DNA from: Lama glama
Lineage: Eukaryota
NCBI GenBank assembly: GCA_028534125.1
Contig: CM052828.1
Span: 59,706,001-59,770,000, forward strand
DNA length: 64,000 nucleotides
Reading direction: 5' to 3'
Shown: positions 38,681 to 51,348 of the stretch, in pieces
Numbering within the stretch: the first letter of the stretch is position 1
How the letters are laid out: each line of letters opens with the position of its first letter
Notes under the pieces: generated by a model
The model's database searches: none
What the model was told of the DNA's origin: nothing
Seen by the model: the letters and a program-made list of their open reading frames with translations, nothing else
Made by a program: the position numbers and the translations under genes

Positions 38681-39074
38681 CTGCCGAGTAAGCTTTGAGA
38701 GGGAAAAGCAGGTGGTTGTCTAAACAAGGATGCGGGTTCTGACTCACCCTCCCCACTCCTCCCGCACAACGGAGCTTCCATCGTGATTCAGAGATTAGAG
38801 TTAAGCTGTGCTAGGAGGGGTAATGGCATGGATGCTGGGGGGCTGCCACCCCAGGTTGGTGCTAACGTGGAGAGCTGGGGGGTCCAGGCGGCCCAGAACC
38901 CCCTCCCACCCTCCCTCCGAGGAGGAAGCCTTCTGCAGAGGAAAGTCATGGCTTCTAAGCCACAGAACCACCCACACATCATCCCAGTCGGTTGTCAGCC
39001 CCCCACATCGTTTTGGAAAAGTCTCTCTCTCTTCATGGACAGAGGTGCCCCACCATGTAACACAGAGAGCATGT

Positions 39075-39270
39075 TCTGGAATCGCAGCCCAAGTCGATCC
39101 CCCAGTTCTGCCACTTATGAGCTGAGCGGCCTTGAGCAAATTACTGAACCTCTCTGTGCCTCCATGTCCTCATCTCTCAAACGGGATTTCATAGCACCCA
39201 CCTGAAATGGGCTCTGGAGATGGTCTCCAGCACATGTGCCTGGTGAGCCTGGCAGGAGGCAGGGCTCAGT
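39075..39270 (+). mobile_element. MIR
   Basis: cccagttctgccactta...ccttgagcaaattactgaacctctctgtgcctc...cctcatct. Confidence 0.75.
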
Positions 39271-39560
39271 CAGCCGCGGCTGCTACCACCACCGTCACGG
39301 CCAGCATCTGCGTCACTGATGTTGCTAATGTCAGGAAAGCCACCAAGCTTGCATCATTTTTACTACTTTACAATTAAATAAGACCAGGTACCCAAACCAG
39401 CCGCTGTCTCACACCAAAAACTTAGGACTTTTCTAGAAAATGATGGCATCACAGACCTTGAGCGTTGGGTTTAGCACAACAGCCGCGTATGCTAACCCTG
39501 CGGAATTACAAATGTCACGAATGGCGGTGTAAGGTGGTGTCGTGTCTGACTTCGCTCTAG

Positions 39561-39624
39561 GGTGACAAGGGAGTTCCGGGGAGAGCAGGCCTTTACGGAG
39601 AGACTGGCCGCACCGGTGACTTCG
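39561..39624 (+). CDS. COL4A2: COL4A2 exon 35 (64 bp) GDKGVPGRAGLYGETGRTGDF
   Basis: gctctag|GGT...TTCG|gtgagt. Confidence 0.95.
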
Positions 39625-39818
39625 GTGAGTGTTGCTCAGACAGTGAAAACGGGGCACGCGTGACCCAGGGAGTGTTCTGGGCAGGGTGGTGACGCGAGAC
39701 CCACGGATGCTGTTAGGTATTTTGAAGCAAACTGTTCTTATCAGGAGCGCAGCCCAACAGAAGCTGCGGCACTAGCCCAGGAAGGCCCACCCTCAGTCAC
39801 CTTTCTTGCACCTAACAG

Positions 39819-39893
39819 GTGACACTGGAGACAGCATCGACTTACCAGGAAGCCCGGGTCTGAAGGGAGAACGGGGCATCGCTGGAGCACCAG
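39819..39893 (+). CDS. COL4A2: COL4A2 exon 36 (75 bp) [24 protein letters not shown]
   Basis: ctaacag|GT...CCAG|gtaccc. Confidence 0.94.
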
Positions 39894-40058
39894 GTACCCA
39901 AGTCTCTCCCCGACCCCCTTCACCTTCCACAGCCCTGACCGCTCGGTGTCGGCACTCGTGCGCCGGCTTGCCAGCCACACCGTTAGTCTGCAAGCCCGCG
40001 GGCGGACTTGGAGGGACGGGCTGAGGTCTCCAAGCCCAGCGTGCAAGGAAGACTCTGG

Positions 40059-40360
40059 AATTTTTTTTATTCTTATTTTTTATTGAAGTGTAGTCAGTTT
40101 ACAACATTAGTTTCAGGTGTACAGCAAAGCAATTCAGTTATACATATACATACTTTTTTTTCAGATTCTTTTTCGTTACAGGCTATTACAAGAAATTGAA
40201 TATAGTTCCCTGTGCTCTACAGTAGGTCCTTGTTGTTTACCTATTTTATATACAGTAGTGCGTATCTGTTAATCCCAAACTCCTAAGCTAGTCTCCCCGA
40301 CTTTCTCCACTGGTAACCACAGTTTTCTATGCCCATGAGTCTATTTCTGGTTTGTAAATA
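40059..40360 (-). mobile_element. L1 3' end, antisense, running into the assembly gap
   Basis: T tail, attgaagtgtagtcagtttacaac...tttcaggtgtacagc...tagttccctgtgctctacagtaggtccttgttg. Confidence 0.85.
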
Positions 40361-40536
40361 NNNNNNNNNNNNNNNNNNNNNNNNNNNNNNNNNNNNNNNN
40401 NNNNNNNNNNNNNNNNNNNNNNNNNNNNNNNNNNNNNNNNNNNNNNNNNNNNNNNNNNNNNNNNNNNNNNNNNNNNNNNNNNNNNNNNNNNNNNNNNNNN
40501 NNNNNNNNNNNNNNNNNNNNNNNNNNNNNNNNNNNN
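40361..40536. other. Assembly gap (176 N)
   Basis: Run of N in intron 36. Confidence 1.
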
Positions 40537-40639
40537 CACATCAGGAAGACTCAAACATCTCACATTTGACCAAGTCCCCAGATTTCCCCGGCACAGCACA
40601 CGTTGGGAACCACTCAGATAAGAGCTCAGATCAGTGATG

Positions 40640-41092
40640 TATCGCTGCTAACCAAGTCAAACCCAAAATGTGGTGGCTCAGAGCATCCAGAGCTGGTGTT
40701 ACCTTATGGTTTCTGAGGCCAGGAATTCAGGAGTCAAGTAGTTCTTGTGAGATTCCGGCCATGTCATTGGCAGCATCATCTGAAGGCTGGACTGGGCTGG
40801 ACCATCTGCTTCCAGGAAGGCTCTGGTGGGAGGTCTCAGCCCCTCCCCACGCAAACCTCCCCCTAGGCTGCTGAGTGTCCTCACGACACAGCAGCTGGCT
40901 TCCTCCAGAGCAGGACAGAGCGATGGCAGTGATGAATTTTGTGACCTGGGTGCGAGGTGACACACTGCCATGTCCATGGTGTCCTGGTGGTCATGCAAGT
41001 CAGCCCAGTGCAGTGGGAGAGGGGGCTGCACGAGGGAGTGATACCAGGACGTTGGGCCCCTGGGTGTAGCTTGGAGGCTGCTGACCACCAGC
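40640..41092 (-). mobile_element. MaLR (MLT1F/H-like) LTR remnant
   Basis: catctgaaggctggactgggctgga...ggctgctgagtgtcctcacgac...gctggcttcctccagag...ggaggctgctgaccacca. Confidence 0.65.
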
Positions 41093-41119
41093 TCAGAGTG
41101 GGGAACTAGGTAAAAAGTT

Positions 41120-41580
41120 AGTCGATATTCAGCCATAAAAAAGGGTGAAATAATGCCACGTGCAGCAACGTGGATGGACCTAGAGATGATCACACTAAGT
41201 GAAGTAAGTCAGACAGAGAAGGTCAAATACCGTATGATAGCCCTTAGTTGTGGAATCTTAAAAACGACACAAATGGACTTATTTACAAAACAGAAGTAGA
41301 CTCACAGACGTGGAAAACAAACTTAAGATGACCAAAGAGGAAAGAGGCAGGAGGAGGGATAAATTAGGAGTCTGGGATTAGCAGATACACACCAACATAC
41401 ATAACAGGTAAACAACAAGGACCTACCGTGCAGCACAGGCAGCTACATTCAACACTTTGTAATAAACTTTAACGGAAAAGAATCTGAAAAAGAACGTGTA
41501 CACACGTAGGACTAACCTGCTATGCTGTACACCTGAAACCAACACGACATTGTACATCAGCTGTACCTCAATGAAAAAAT
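41120..41580 (+). mobile_element. L1 ORF2 end and 3' UTR, sense
   Basis: agccataaaaaag...gcagcaacgtggatggacctagagatgatcacactaagtgaagtaagtcagacagagaa...ctgtacacctgaaac. Confidence 0.9.
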
Positions 41581-41726
41581 AGCAGAGGGAGGAGCGCGTC
41601 TGGCCCTCCGCCCCATGCACCGCAGGGGCACCAGAGGGAAGCCAGCGTCCCAGCTGGCGTCCCCGGGACCGTGGACCCCAGTGACGCGGTGGCCGTGGTG
41701 TTCAAGCAGCGCTTCCGTGGTTCCAG

Positions 41727-41834
41727 GTCTGAAAGGATTCTTCGGACAGAAAGGAACAGAGGGTGACGTCGGCTTTCCCGGGATCACAGGCCTGACAGGA
41801 GTCCAAGGCCCTCCCGGACTCAAAGGGCAAACAG
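41727..41834 (+). CDS. COL4A2: COL4A2 exon 37 (108 bp) LKGFFGQKG...GLKGQT
   Basis: gttccag|GT...ACAG|gtaaaa. Confidence 0.95.
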
Positions 41835-42489
41835 GTAAAAGGCCGCCGTCACGTGGCCTTCCTGGGCCAGCTGGACGGCGCAGCGCCCCGTGGGGCTGGG
41901 CACGGCTGAACCCCAAACTCCAGGGGCCCAGAACAGGGGCGGCTGGTTCTGCCTGTCTGCGGGTCACCCGTGGTCACCCTAGGAAGCTTCCTCCCACCTG
42001 TCCCTCTACCCCACTCAGCCCGGGGACCAACACTCAACCGGACGGCTGGGTCCGTGCGGCCACACCCGTCTCCCTGTAAACGCCCAGACTCAGCTCTTGC
42101 CCGGCTCCCTTCGTGCACTTGAGCTGCAGAAATTTGTGGGGGACCCGACTTAAATGGGTGAACTCTTGGTGCTTTTTTTCTGGCTGCTGTTCTGCCCTCC
42201 GTCCAGGATCTGAGAGCGCAGAGAGGCTGACCCTCCAGGGTCGCGGGGCTCTCCCAGACTTCTATTTGGACAACAGGATGAGAATTCGAACACACAGGCT
42301 GTCTGTTTGGCCAGGCTGCGCTGACCCCACGGGACTTGAGTGTGGGGGTCCAAGGCCATGGGCAGGGCATTCCCGGCTGGAAGGGAAGCTGGCCCTTTCC
42401 CGCGAAGCTCCTCTCCCAAGCGGGACCTGAACTGGAGGCCAAGAGATCTCAGGGTTCCTGTGTCCCCTTAAGGATGTGTTTGTCCCCAG

Positions 42490-42597
42490 GCTTCCCAGGA
42501 CTGACAGGGCTGCAGGGGCCTCAGGGAGAGCCAGGCCGGGTTGGCGTGCCAGGCGCCAAGGGAGACTACGGCTGGCCAGGGACTCCAGGCTTACCAG
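42490..42597 (+). CDS. COL4A2: COL4A2 exon 38 (108 bp) FPGLTGLQG...GTPGLP
   Basis: gtccccag|GC...CCAG|gtaaaa. Confidence 0.95.
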
Positions 42598-43302
42598 GTA
42601 AAACCATTGCCCCTCTGTGGACGCAAAGCAAGCCCACAAAGAAGTGTTTACTCCCCGAAATGATTAACAAAAACCTGCCAGGAGGCCTCAGAGCCACTGT
42701 CGGTCAGCATGCAGGCAGTGCAGAGCCAAGACAGAGGGATGGACGCGAGGGTCCCTGCTGAGCGAGGTCTGGTGGAGCCCTCGGGGTCACTGGGCTTGGC
42801 TGGACAGGGGTCGGTTCAGGGGACAGGCCCCCAGCTGCTCTCCTGCCCAGTCAAGGGGGGAGGCCCACCCCACATCCACACTCACCGCCCACATCACAGG
42901 CAGAGGTGCCGCCGGTTTCCGTGTCCTACTTTAGAAAAGGCGACCTCGGAGCCCAGGGGGCGTGGAAACAGCCCCAGGCTGCTGGTTCCAAGCTCCATGT
43001 TCACAGACCAAATACATTCAGTGACTCATGTGTCAGGAGGAGAGACGCACAGCCTGGCCAGTCCCCTTCTGGCTGTAACAAGTCTGGAACAGGGTTCTAT
43101 GACAGCAGGTTTAAGCTGGCGGTTCTCCTGGGTGACACTGAAGTGACTGGTTTACATGTCACGGTATTTGCTGAACTGCTTCCTGACTGCCTGGCTTTTG
43201 AACCCACTGGGTGGGCGAGTGTATCCCAGAGACAGAAGCGTCTGATTATGTCAGGTGTCCCTCTCTGCTGTCCCCTGAAATAACCATGAGGAACCCTCGC
43301 AG

Positions 43303-43374
43303 GTCTGCCCGGCATCCGAGGCATCAGCGGATTACACGGCCTGCCAGGCACCAAAGGCTTTCCAGGATCCCCAG
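43303..43374 (+). CDS. COL4A2: COL4A2 exon 39 (72 bp) [23 protein letters not shown]
   Basis: ccctcgcag|GT...CCAG|gtacca; weak splice signals but intact Gly-X-Y. Confidence 0.92.
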
Positions 43375-43469
43375 GTACCAGGCCACAAGGCGGTGCTGGC
43401 AGAGGGGGAGGGACAGGGTGGGCAGGGCTGGACTCGGAGGAGGGGAGGGGCTCCCCCAGGGCTGTGTGA

Positions 43470-43811
43470 CCATTCCGAAGCCGCAGGGACTCAGGCCCTT
43501 CCCAAGGGGCTTAAACAACAGGCAGTGACTTCTCACAGCTCGGAGGCTGGAAGTCTGGGATCGGGTGCCAGCGCGGTGCACTTGGGGTGAGGACCCTCTT
43601 CCTGGCTTCTCGCCACGTCCTCACCCGGTAGAGATGAGAACAAGCTGTCCGGTGTCTCTTCTTACGAGAACACCAGTCTCATCGCAGGGGCCCCACCCTC
43701 ATGGCCTTCTCTGACCCCAGTCATCTCCCAAAGACCCACCTCCAGACTCCACCACCCTGGGGATCAGGGCAACGATACATGGTTTTGGAAAAGATAGTTT
43801 GGTTCACGGCA
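43470..43811 (-). mobile_element. MLT1A-like MaLR solo LTR
   Basis: ggcttaaacaacag...tctcacagctcggaggctggaagtc...ggggccccaccctcatg...ctcccaaagacccacctcc. Confidence 0.8.
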
Positions 43812-44762
43812 ATGGCGGACGGGGGTTTTGTTCTATAAGGAGAGGAAATGGACACCTTGAAGAAGCCATTAGCAGTTGCTCTTTGAAACTATTCTCGCAC
43901 TTTTTTTTCCCCTAAAGAGGATACAAAGCCCATTGTTTCCAAAACCCACCATCAGCCCCTTCTGGGATCTCCGAGGACCACCGCGTGTCAATCTGTTCCT
44001 CAAGGGGATGAAATCCCCTGTCTGCAGAAGGCCCCCCGTTACCCTCGTGCCCTCCAGGAAGCTGCCATGGCGGGTCCGGAAACCTCGGTGGCTTCTCTGA
44101 AACTTCTTTATTTTAAATGAGTTCCTTTCACCTTAAACCTTAGCACCCCGTCTTTTCATTCTTTTTTTAAAATTTATTCGTTGGACTCATGATATTTCTT
44201 GGGCTTATCATTAATATGCCTTTTTTTAAAAGACAACTTTTACTGTTTTCTTTTCAGATTATGAATGTTATTAATGTTCTGTGGAGACATTTAAAATAAC
44301 ACTTTTTTTTAATACACTCAAAAGAAAAAAATCACTGTAGTTCTAAATGGTCAAGTGACGTTGCTGTCTCTGGCCACCAACTGCTCTGCGCACCTGATGT
44401 GTGAGCAGAGCAGGTTTTAAATAGCGTTTCCCTCTTAGCCCTAACTCGAGCCTGCCCATCGGGGCCCCAGCCAGGAGCCCAGAACCCTCAGCAGCTCCCA
44501 GCTCCAGGACCCTCGGCGTCTGGGAACACGGGCCTTTCCTGGGGGCCCTGCAGTGCCCTCCTCTGTAAAGCGAGGGGATTCAGCTACAAACTCCAGGCTC
44601 CCTTCCCAGTGGCAGATTCTGGGGCCCTGAGCCCACGTGGAAAGCTGACAGCTCGGCTGCTGCCTGGCTCTCTGTTTGAGTCTCCCTGGAGAGCGTCACT
44701 GTCCTGCTCCTGACAGCCAACCCCTTAGGCTGAAGGCACTGCCTGTGTTAACCCTGCCACAG

Positions 44763-44888
44763 GTGCGGACGCCTACGGAGACCCCGGCTTCCCAGGTCCT
44801 GCGGGGGACAGGGGTGACTCAGGAGAGGCCAACACCCTTCCAGGCCCTGCTGGCGCCCCGGGCCAGAAAGGGGAGCGTGGCACCCCAG
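44763..44888 (+). CDS. COL4A2: COL4A2 exon 40 (126 bp) ADAYGDPG...[13 protein letters not shown]...GERGTP
   Basis: gccacag|GT...CCAG|gtgagg. Confidence 0.95.
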
Positions 44889-45631
44889 GTGAGGCTGACA
44901 CCCCAGCACCGGCACATGCAACCACAGAGCCTGTGCGTCTGAGAGAGGAGAGGCGGGAGCAGGTGCAGGCGCCGGCTCTGCTGGGGAGAACTGCTTGTTG
45001 CAGACCTCCCGGCTGGTCTTCCGTCGTTTACACTTCACCGTAACGTGGATCTTAAACATCGGGGTTAGCTACTGACCACCTCCTTTTCGGAAAGAGAAGA
45101 TCGCGTTCTGTCCCCTCGGTGGCCCCCAGGGCACCTGGCACAGTGCCCTTCCATGTCAGAGCTGGGCGCGTTGGATTAAGGAATAAATGCACCCACGCAG
45201 CCCCTGAGTTCGGCCCGCGTGACGGGCCTGGAGCATGGCGGGAACAAACCAGGGAGGGGTGGTCTCGGCTGCTGAGAACGAGACCCACTTCCCACCCCCA
45301 GCCCCAGCCCCCACTATCTGCCAGCAAACTGCTCCAGCAAACTGGGGGGAATACCCCTGGATTAAAGGTAACCAACACCTGGGGGCAGCATGCGTTCACA
45401 GTGCCAAGGGGTCATCAGCCGCCCTGACAGCCCAGAGTTTGTTTTCTGACAACTGGCACCCACCCCCCGTGCCTCGTGGGGACAGCGTAGCCCAGCCGCC
45501 CGGGCCCCACCCTGAGAGCCTGCAGTGGCCACCTTCCTTCCCTGCCCTCCTTGGTGGTTCTGGGACATGGAGAGGAAACCGTAGGCAGAAAGTCGAGTGC
45601 TGATAATAAACAACTTCTTCTTCCCTGAAAG

Positions 45632-45748
45632 GGGAACGAGGCCCAGTCGGGAGTCCAGGACTTCAGGGATTTCCAGGCATCACGCCCCCTTCCAACATCT
45701 CTGGGTCACCGGGGGACACAGGAGCGCCCGGGATATTTGGCCTGGAAG
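45632..45748 (+). CDS. COL4A2: COL4A2 exon 41 (117 bp) ERGPVGSPG...ITPPSNISG...GIFGLE
   Basis: ccctgaaag|GG...GAAG|gtgagc; N-I-S sequon. Confidence 0.94.
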
Positions 45749-45849
45749 GTGAGCAGGGCTCACACTGCTGTGTGCGGGGCTCTCGGGGCACAGGAGCCGT
45801 CGTGCCTGATTGCTTTAGGGATGGCACACTTTGTTTCCCCCGGAGGACA

Positions 45850-46168
45850 GGACGCGGCATGAAATACGCCAGACACACAGGGACAAATCCTGCCTGATTC
45901 CCTGATAGGAGGCGCCAAGAGGAGTCAGACTCACAGGGACAGAGAGCAGGATGGTGGGGGCCAGGGGTCCCCCGCTGGGGGCGGGGGCGGGGGAGGTAGT
46001 GTTCAGTGGGCACAGAGCTTCAGTTGGGAAGATGAAATCGTTCAGAGAAGGATGGTGGGGATGGTCGCACAGCAGTGTGAATGATTCTAATGCTACTGAA
46101 CTGTACACTTAAAAGTGGTGAAAACGGTCAATTTTATGTTACCTCTATCCTACACAATAAAAGACAAA
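45850..46168 (+). mobile_element. L1M (L1MB-like) 3' end
   Basis: cagagcttcagttgggaagatgaaa...ctactgaactgtacacttaaaa...cacaataaaa. Confidence 0.8.
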
Positions 46169-46290
46169 GTTGCCCAGCGTTCCGAGCTTGCCAAAGCCCG
46201 TCCCCTGCACGGGTGACTTTGCACCCAGCCTTGTGGCCATGACCACACCTCCTCCCTGTACACTCTCCCGTCCTGGACTTGTGCCCACAG

Positions 46291-46452
46291 GTTACCGAGG
46301 CCCCCCCGGGCCACCGGGTCCTGCCGCTCTTCCTGGAAGCAAAGGAGAAGAGGGGAACCCAGGAACCCCCGGAAGCGCAGGGCCCAAAGGCTGGGGCGGG
46401 GACCCCGGGCCCCAGGGCCGGCCTGGCGTGTCCGGACTCCCCGGAGGAAAAG
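46291..46452 (+). CDS. COL4A2: COL4A2 exon 42 (162 bp) YRGPPGPPG...GLPGGK
   Basis: gcccacag|GT...AAAG|gtaacg. Confidence 0.95.
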
Positions 46453-46568
46453 GTAACGGTCAGGGCCCCTGGGGAGGCTCCTTCTCGCGGGGAGGCTGGT
46501 GGCTTTGGGCCGAGGTGGCCGGAGCCCCCCCCGCCCTGCGCGTCCTCAGTGTGCTGCTTGTCCTGAAG

Positions 46569-46667
46569 GGCCCAGAGGTGAGCAGGGATTCATGGGAAAC
46601 ATAGGCGCCACCGGGAGTGTGGGCGACCGAGGCCCCAGGGGACCCAAAGGAGACCGAGGACGCCCAG
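46569..46667 (+). CDS. COL4A2: COL4A2 exon 43 (99 bp) PRGEQGFMG...GDRGRP
   Basis: tcctgaag|GG...CCAG|gtaagt. Confidence 0.94.
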
Positions 46668-46903
46668 GTAAGTGGCTGTCTCAGAGGGGACACGTCTGGG
46701 GCCACGGGGGCCTGGTGGGGACAACGACTGTCGGAAGGGAAGGCTCTGAGCGACTCTCGGGTGGGCTACCCGCCGCCCCATCTCCGGAGAGCGGTGGTTC
46801 GGGGAGCCCCAGGACTAGTTCAACGAGAGCAGCATGGAGAAGAGGCCAGAGCAGGAGGGAGTGTGGCTCTCAGGCGCCGCCGCCCTCTCTCCTCCCTCTC
46901 CAG

Positions 46904-47050
46904 GTGCCCCTGGCGCTGTGGGGGCCCCAGGGATTGCGGGAATCCCCCAGAAGATTGCCGTCCAGCGGGGGCCAGTGGGTCCGCAGGGAAGGAGAGGCCT
47001 GCCGGGGGCTCCGGGGGAGATGGGGCCCCAGGGCCCCCCGGGAGAGCCAG
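46904..47050 (+). CDS. COL4A2: COL4A2 exon 44 (147 bp) [22 protein letters not shown]...GPPGEP
   Basis: ctctccag|GT...CCAG|gtagga. Confidence 0.96.
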
Positions 47051-47125
47051 GTAGGAGCCCCGCTGCGGGGCCGCCAGGGGAGGGGTCCTCTCCTGTTTGC
47101 CTTTTCACTTTTGTTCTCCTGCTGA

Positions 47126-47323
<198 letters not shown>

Positions 47324-47653
47324 TGACGGGCAAGGAAAGGGGGCAGAGGGCAGGGAGTTCCTCCAGATCCCGCCGTGGGTCTGAGACGAGGACCGGGTGT
47401 GCAGGAGGGGAGCGGGGAGCCTGAGATGAGCAGTGAGGAGGGGCTGCCCCGCCCGGCTCTGCTTCCCCAGCCCAGCTCATGGGGCCCGCTGCAGCTCAGT
47501 ACACCTGCGTCCGCCCCTGACACCTGCAGCTGGCACCGAGTGCCCCAGACAGGCCAGCTTCCTTCCTTCCCCTGAGACACCTGCAGGCGCCTCAGATCAG
47601 GAAGCAATCAACATATGTCAGGAGACAAGGTTTCTAAAGGTCCTGAAGGCTGA

Positions 47654-47741
47654 GGTGGGTGAGGATAGCTCAGTGGTAGAGTGTGTGCTTAGCATGCACG
47701 AGGTCCTGGGTTCAATCCCCAGTCCCTCCCTTGAAAAATAA
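47654..47741 (+). mobile_element. Vic-1-like SINE with target-site duplication
   Basis: gatagctcagtggtagagtgtgtgcttagcatgcacgaggtcctgggttcaatcccc; TSD tcctgaaggc at 47641-47650 and 47742-47751. Confidence 0.9.
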
Positions 47742-48414
47742 TCCTGAAGGCCGGGAACAGTGAGCTGCAAGAATCCAGTACACGACCAGGAGCCACCGCC
47801 AGGTCTTATATTACTGATTTCTCAAAATTACTGGCATGTGTGCAGAGTGGGTTAGGCCAGAAATAACAGCAATTCATGCAAAAAAAAAAAAGTCTTGAGA
47901 TGTGTTGTCACCCACCTGTGCTGGTGTGAGCCCTGTGCTGGCAAACACAGGCTGCACCGCCGGTGTCCAGATCACAGGAAGCACAATCTGCTGCCCCCTG
48001 AGGCCCCGACCCGCGGCTGGGACAGTGTGTCACGTGCAGCCTGAAGGGGGTCGGTCATCCAGGCCAGGGGACCAAGACAGCCCAGGGTGGACAGGACGTC
48101 CTACAAGACAGGCAGGACTCAGCAGGACAGCTGACAGCGGACTTTGCAGGGTTGTCCTGTTGGGGCAGATCAGCCATTCTGCTGTGTCTGGGATGGACAT
48201 CAGTCCCCTGGGTGGACGTTTCTGGGGGCAGGTTTCGAGGTCTGGGAATGGCCAGAGTGCCACCAGCCGCTCCCCGCAGTGTCCAGCAGGGGGCCTGCCG
48301 CCTGGAGTGGAGGAGGCCGAGTGGGGCTGGAGCAAGATCCTGAGGCCCTTCAGATTCCCAGATGCTCTAGCCCCACCCAGAGCCAGGCACCCTGGGGGCA
48401 GCTCAGCCCGCTGA

Positions 48415-48891
<477 letters not shown>

Positions 48892-49577
48892 TGAAAGCTC
48901 ACAGAAAACGCAGCGAGCCGCATGAATGCCAGAGGCCTGGGGAAGGGTGCCGGTGTGTGTGGCGGGGCCGGAGGCTGGGAGATCGGTCGGGCGGAACGCA
49001 ATGAGTGGGCACCTTCCCGTCCCAGTGTTCTCCTTCCGTAATAAGTTATTTTAGAAAGTGGGACAAAGCAACAAGAATAAGGACCTAAAACAGAGCGGGG
49101 ACAGGGCAAGGCCGCCACAGCGCCCAGCAGGCCTCTGAGGGCGGAGCACAGGCCTGCTCTCCGCTTGGAAGCAATGGTGTGAAAGGGGGCCGAGTTCAGT
49201 GAGATAATTCACTCTGGCCCTGAGGTGAAGCCCGTGGAATTATTTGGGGGTAGGAGCGGCCAGAGTTCCCCTGAGCCGGGCCCTCATCTTGGATGCCGCC
49301 AGAGGTCGTTGGGGCTGGTGCTTTAAGATCCCCCAACAGGGGCCTCACCCAGGGTGCTATTCCACAAAGATGCCCCACCCTCCGGCCCAGCCTGGTGCTG
49401 GTATGTGTGGGACCCTCTCGAGGGGCAGAATGAAAATGCCAAAAAAGGGAATAAGACCGGAACTCACCCACCACCCCACCCCGTGCATGGCTGAACCCCC
49501 AAGGGGGCCCCGGGCGGGTCCCCGACATGGCCCTCCCGCACTGGCCCGGCCTGGAGGAGCATCTTCCCCCACGCTGA

Positions 49578-49967
<390 letters not shown>

Positions 49968-49971
49968 TAAC

Positions 49972-50115
49972 TACAGTCGGGGCAGTCGTTCAGGTTGTGC
50001 ACTGCACAAGGGCACCCGGCCCAGAGGGTGACTGACAGCTGGAATGCAGCCTGCACTTTTGCCTGCACTTTGCTAATTGAGCCCTGAAGGTATCCATTAA
50101 TTTGCCACCAGGCCT
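49972..50115. mobile_element. Possible MER91-like DNA transposon remnant
   Basis: caggttgtgcactgcacaagggcacc resembles the recalled MER91 consensus. Confidence 0.4.
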
Positions 50116-51249
50116 GTGTATGAGCTGTAATTAGGATAAATTTAACTACCGTGATTGCACCCTTTATGGTTTTCCTGTTTACCATCGCAGGGAGAAAGCA
50201 AAGTCCAGCAGGGAGGGTGGGTCTTGTATTGCACTTATGTTTATTATGACTGTCGTAACCCTGACATATTGACTAGATGCCCAACATATTAATTATTTCA
50301 TAAGTTATACTAGTAACATTATATATGTGTGTATATATAAAATAATGTTTGTGAATCTTGTGAAAACAACAGGGAAAAAAACCTGGGTTCTAGGAAAGGA
50401 AGGAAAAGATCCAGAAGGGTTGCTGGGTGACCATCACTAAGGTATCACTGCTGCAAAAAAGCAAAGCAACAAGATAGTAAGTTCCGGGCAGGGACAGGCA
50501 GCCCTCTTCTTTTCAGGAAGCTAAGCATGTCGGGCGACTTGAGGGGGTAAACAGTGCAACCCTCCTCTGCCTCTGGGTCCCAGAGGAGCAAGCTCCAGTC
50601 CGTCCTATGTCTAGGGCCCCCAGTCAAATTCAAAAATAAAAATGAGCTTCTCCCCCGTGAAGGGAGTGACGACACTGTATCTAAAGTCAGCCACAGCCCT
50701 GCTTTTACTGGCAGCTGCATCTCAAATCCTGTCACAGGAGAAGGGATAAGTAACTCAGTAACTGCCTCCAAGCCCCGTCAGCGTGGACCTTGGCACCCTC
50801 CCCCCAAGGCAGGTGACAACCCGCAGTCCCCTGACCCCACTGTAGAGCCAGGGGTGGGACCAATGGGCTGCCCACACCTTCACTGTGAGAGCCTAGGGAG
50901 GCCCGGTGGTTCGGCCAGTGGAGAGTGAGCGCCGGGCTTACCCCGTAATGTGCCACTGCCCACGTGGGACGGTCATCGTCTTGTCTGCATGTGATGTGCC
51001 TTGGTCCACTGCTCCCTGGGGTCTGCTCCCCTCACCCCAGGGACCCCTCTCGGAGCTGATCTGGTGTCTCCAGCCAGTCAGTAGTTGACGTTCTCCTTAT
51101 CGATTCAGATGAGGTTCCCATGGGCTGTGAGTGTCCAGGACCACTTCTCAGGGCCGGCCTCCTGTCCTGGTGACTCTCTTAAGAGACATGAGCTGCTTGA
51201 GTCCCAAAGCCAGAGGCTTGTCCGCTGAGAAGAGCACACTGGAAAGGGG

Positions 51250-51348
51250 GGGTGTGTGCACAGCGTGCCTGTGGGGTGTGCACATGTGTGCGTGTGTGCA
51301 CAGCATGCCTGTGGGGCGAGCATGGGTGTGCACGTGTGTGTGTTTGCA
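51250..51348. repeat. Degenerate TG/RY repeat with an internal duplication of about 40 bp
   Basis: gtgtgcacagc(g/a)tgcctgtgggg occurs twice. Confidence 0.8.

Noticed and set aside
40361-40536. Missing COL4A2 exon hidden in the gap
   Set aside because: Exons 36 and 37 join in frame with continuous Gly-X-Y, and the total CDS length matches expectation.
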